From contig JAUCBJ010003571.1 of NCBI GenBank assembly GCA_032718475.1, forward strand, positions 1 through 64,000: a stretch of DNA of 64,000 nt, in the 5' to 3' direction. A program made the translations under genes and the position numbers. Under the pieces are notes generated by a model, which was not told the DNA's origin, made no database searches, and was given only the letters and a program-made list of their open reading frames with translations. Each line of letters begins with the position of its first letter. Within the stretch, counting starts at the first letter, position 1. Of this stretch, positions 61,401 through 64,000 are shown one piece after another. This stretch comes from Nemertoderma westbladi. Lineage: Eukaryota; Animalia; Xenacoelomorpha.

Positions 61401-64000
61401 ACATAGCTCAATGCACTGCTTTAACTTAAACTTACTGGAGATTACTTACCCAACATGAGCTCAATGCACTGATTTAACTTAAACTTACTGGAGATTATTT
61501 ACCCAACATGAGCTCAATGCACTGCTTTAACTTAAACTTACTGGAGATTACTTACCCAACATGAGCTCAATGCACTGATTTAACTTAAACTTACTGGAGA
61601 TTATTTACCCAACATGAGCTCAATGCACTGATTTAACTTAACTTACTGGAGATTACTTACCCAACATGAGCTCAATGCACTGATTTAACTTAACTTACTG
61701 GAGATTACTTACCCAACATGAGCTCAATTCACTGCTTTAACATAACTTACTGGAGATTACTTACCCAACATGAGCTCAATTCACTGCTTTAACATAACTT
61801 ACTGGAGATTACTTACCCAACATAGCTCAATGCACTGCTTTAACTTAAACTTACTGGAGAATACTTACCCAACATGAGCTCAATGCACTGATTTAACTTA
61901 ACTTACTGGAGATTACTTACCCAACATGAGCTCAATGCACTGCTTTAACTTAACTTACTGGAGATTACTTACCCAACATGAGCTCAATGCACTGCTTTAA
62001 CTTAAACTTACTGGAGATTACTTACCAAACATGAGCTCAATGCACTGCTTTAACTTAAACTTACTGGAGATTACTTACCCAACATGAGCTCAATGCACTG
62101 CTTTAACTTAAACTTACTGGAGATTACTTACCCAACATGAGCTCAATGCACTGCTTTAACTTAAACTTACTGGAGATAACTTACCCAACATGAGCTCAAT
62201 GCACTGCTTTAACTTAAACTTACTGGAGATTACTTACCCAACATAGCTCAATGCACTGCTTTAACTTAAACTTACTGGAGATTACTTACCCAACATGAGC
62301 TCAATGCACTGATTTAACTTAACTTACTGGAGATTACTTACCCAACATAGCTCAATGCACTGCTTTAACTTAAACTTACTGGAGATTACTTACCCAACAT
62401 GAGCTCAATGCACTGATTTAACTTAACTTACTGGAGATTACTTACCCAACATGAGCTCAATGCACTGCTTTAACTTAACTTACTGGAGATTACTTACCCA
62501 ACATGAGCTCAATGCACTGCTTTAACTTAAACTTACTGGAGATTACTTACCCAACATGAGCTCAATGCACTGATTTAACTTAACTTACTGGAGATTACTT
62601 ACCCAACATGAGCTCAATGCACTGCTTTAACTTAACTTACTGGAGATTACTTACCCAACATGAGCTCAATTCACTGCTTTAACATAACTTACTGGAGATT
62701 ACTTACCCAACATAGCTCAATGCACTGCTTTAACTTAAACTTACTGGAGATTACTTACCCAACATGAGCTCAATGCACTGATTTAACTTAAACTTACTGG
62801 AGATTATTTACCCAACATGAGCTCAATGCACTGCTTTAACTTAAACTTACTGGAGATTACTTACCCAACATGAGCTCAATGCACTGATTTAACTTAAACT
62901 TACTGGAGATTATTTACCCAACATGAGCTCAATGCACTGATTTAACTTAACTTACTGGAGATTACTTACCCAACATGAGCTCAATGCACTGATTTAACTT
63001 AACTTACTGGAGATTACTTACCCAACATGAGCTCAATTCACTGCTTTAACATAACTTACTGGAGATTACTTACCCAACATGAGCTCAATGCACTGCTTTA
63101 ACTTAATTTACTGGAGATTACTTACCCAACATGAGCTCAATGCACTGATTTAACTTAAACTTACTGGAGATTATTTACCCAACATGAGCTCAATGCACTG
63201 ATTTAACTTAACTTACTGGAGATTACTTACCCAACATGAGCTCAATGCACTGATTTAACTTAACTTACTGGAGATTACTTACCCAACATGAGCTCAATTC
63301 ACTGCTTTAACATAACTTACTGGAGATTACTTACCCAACATGAGCTCAATGCACTGCTTTAACTTAACTTACTGGAGATTACTTACCCAACATGAGCTCA
63401 ATGCACTGCTTTAACTTAAACTTACTGAAGATTACTTACCCAACATGAGCTCAATGCACTGATTTAACTTAAACTTACTGGAGATTATTTACCCAACATG
63501 AGCTCAATGCTTGGATTTAACTTAACTTACTGGAGATTACTTACCCAACATGAGCTCAATGCACTGCTTTAACTTAAACTTACTGGAGATTACTTACCCA
63601 ACATGAGCTCAATGCACTGCTTTAACTTAAACTTACTAGAGATTGCTTACCCAACATGAGCTCAATGCACTGATTTAACTTAAACTTACTGGAGATTATT
63701 TACCCAACATGAGCTCAATGCACTGATTTAACTTAACTTACTGGAGATTACTTACCCAACATGAGCTCAATGCACTGCTTTAACTTAACTTACTGGAGAT
63801 TACTTACCCAACATGAGCTCAATGCACTGCTTTAACTTAAACTTACTGGAGATTACTTACCCAATATGAGCTCAATGCACTGCTTTAACTTAACTTACTG
63901 GAGATTACTTACCCAACATGAGCTCAATGCACTGCTTTAACTTAAACTTACTGGAGATTACTTACCCAACATGAGCTCAATGCACTGATTTAACTTAAAC
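58460..64000. repeat. 51-53-bp minisatellite, over 100 copies, runs off the window end
   Basis: ggagattacttacccaacatgagctcaatgcactgctttaacttaacttact. Confidence 0.97.

Overview
Eukaryotic, AT-rich, intron-rich metazoan DNA, probably invertebrate; no prokaryotic features, RNA genes or CRISPR arrays were seen. The window is dominated by the 3' part of one large minus-strand gene. I reconstructed it by hand as 36 GT-AG exons (58228 down to 7197) that join in frame into 6060 nt (2019 aa plus stop); the 5' end lies beyond the window. The protein is a cell-surface mosaic: [partial Ig]-[Cys-rich/EGF-like block]-[14 tandem Ig-like domains]-[Cys-rich/EGF-like block]-[Ly6/uPAR three-finger domain]-[GPI-signal-like tail]. 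In my model the frame is kept by a 5-nt micro-exon (9124-9128). Two AG|GT zero-length 'ratchet'-like sites are also present. Introns carry about 14 kb of distinct tandem arrays (19, 37, 52, 54, 57 and 94 bp units). One array is an amplified real 5' splice site and another carries a CTCF-like motif in every unit. Introns and the 3' flank also hold decayed piggyBac, RTE, CR1/L2, CRE-clade and Gypsy elements and several MITEs.
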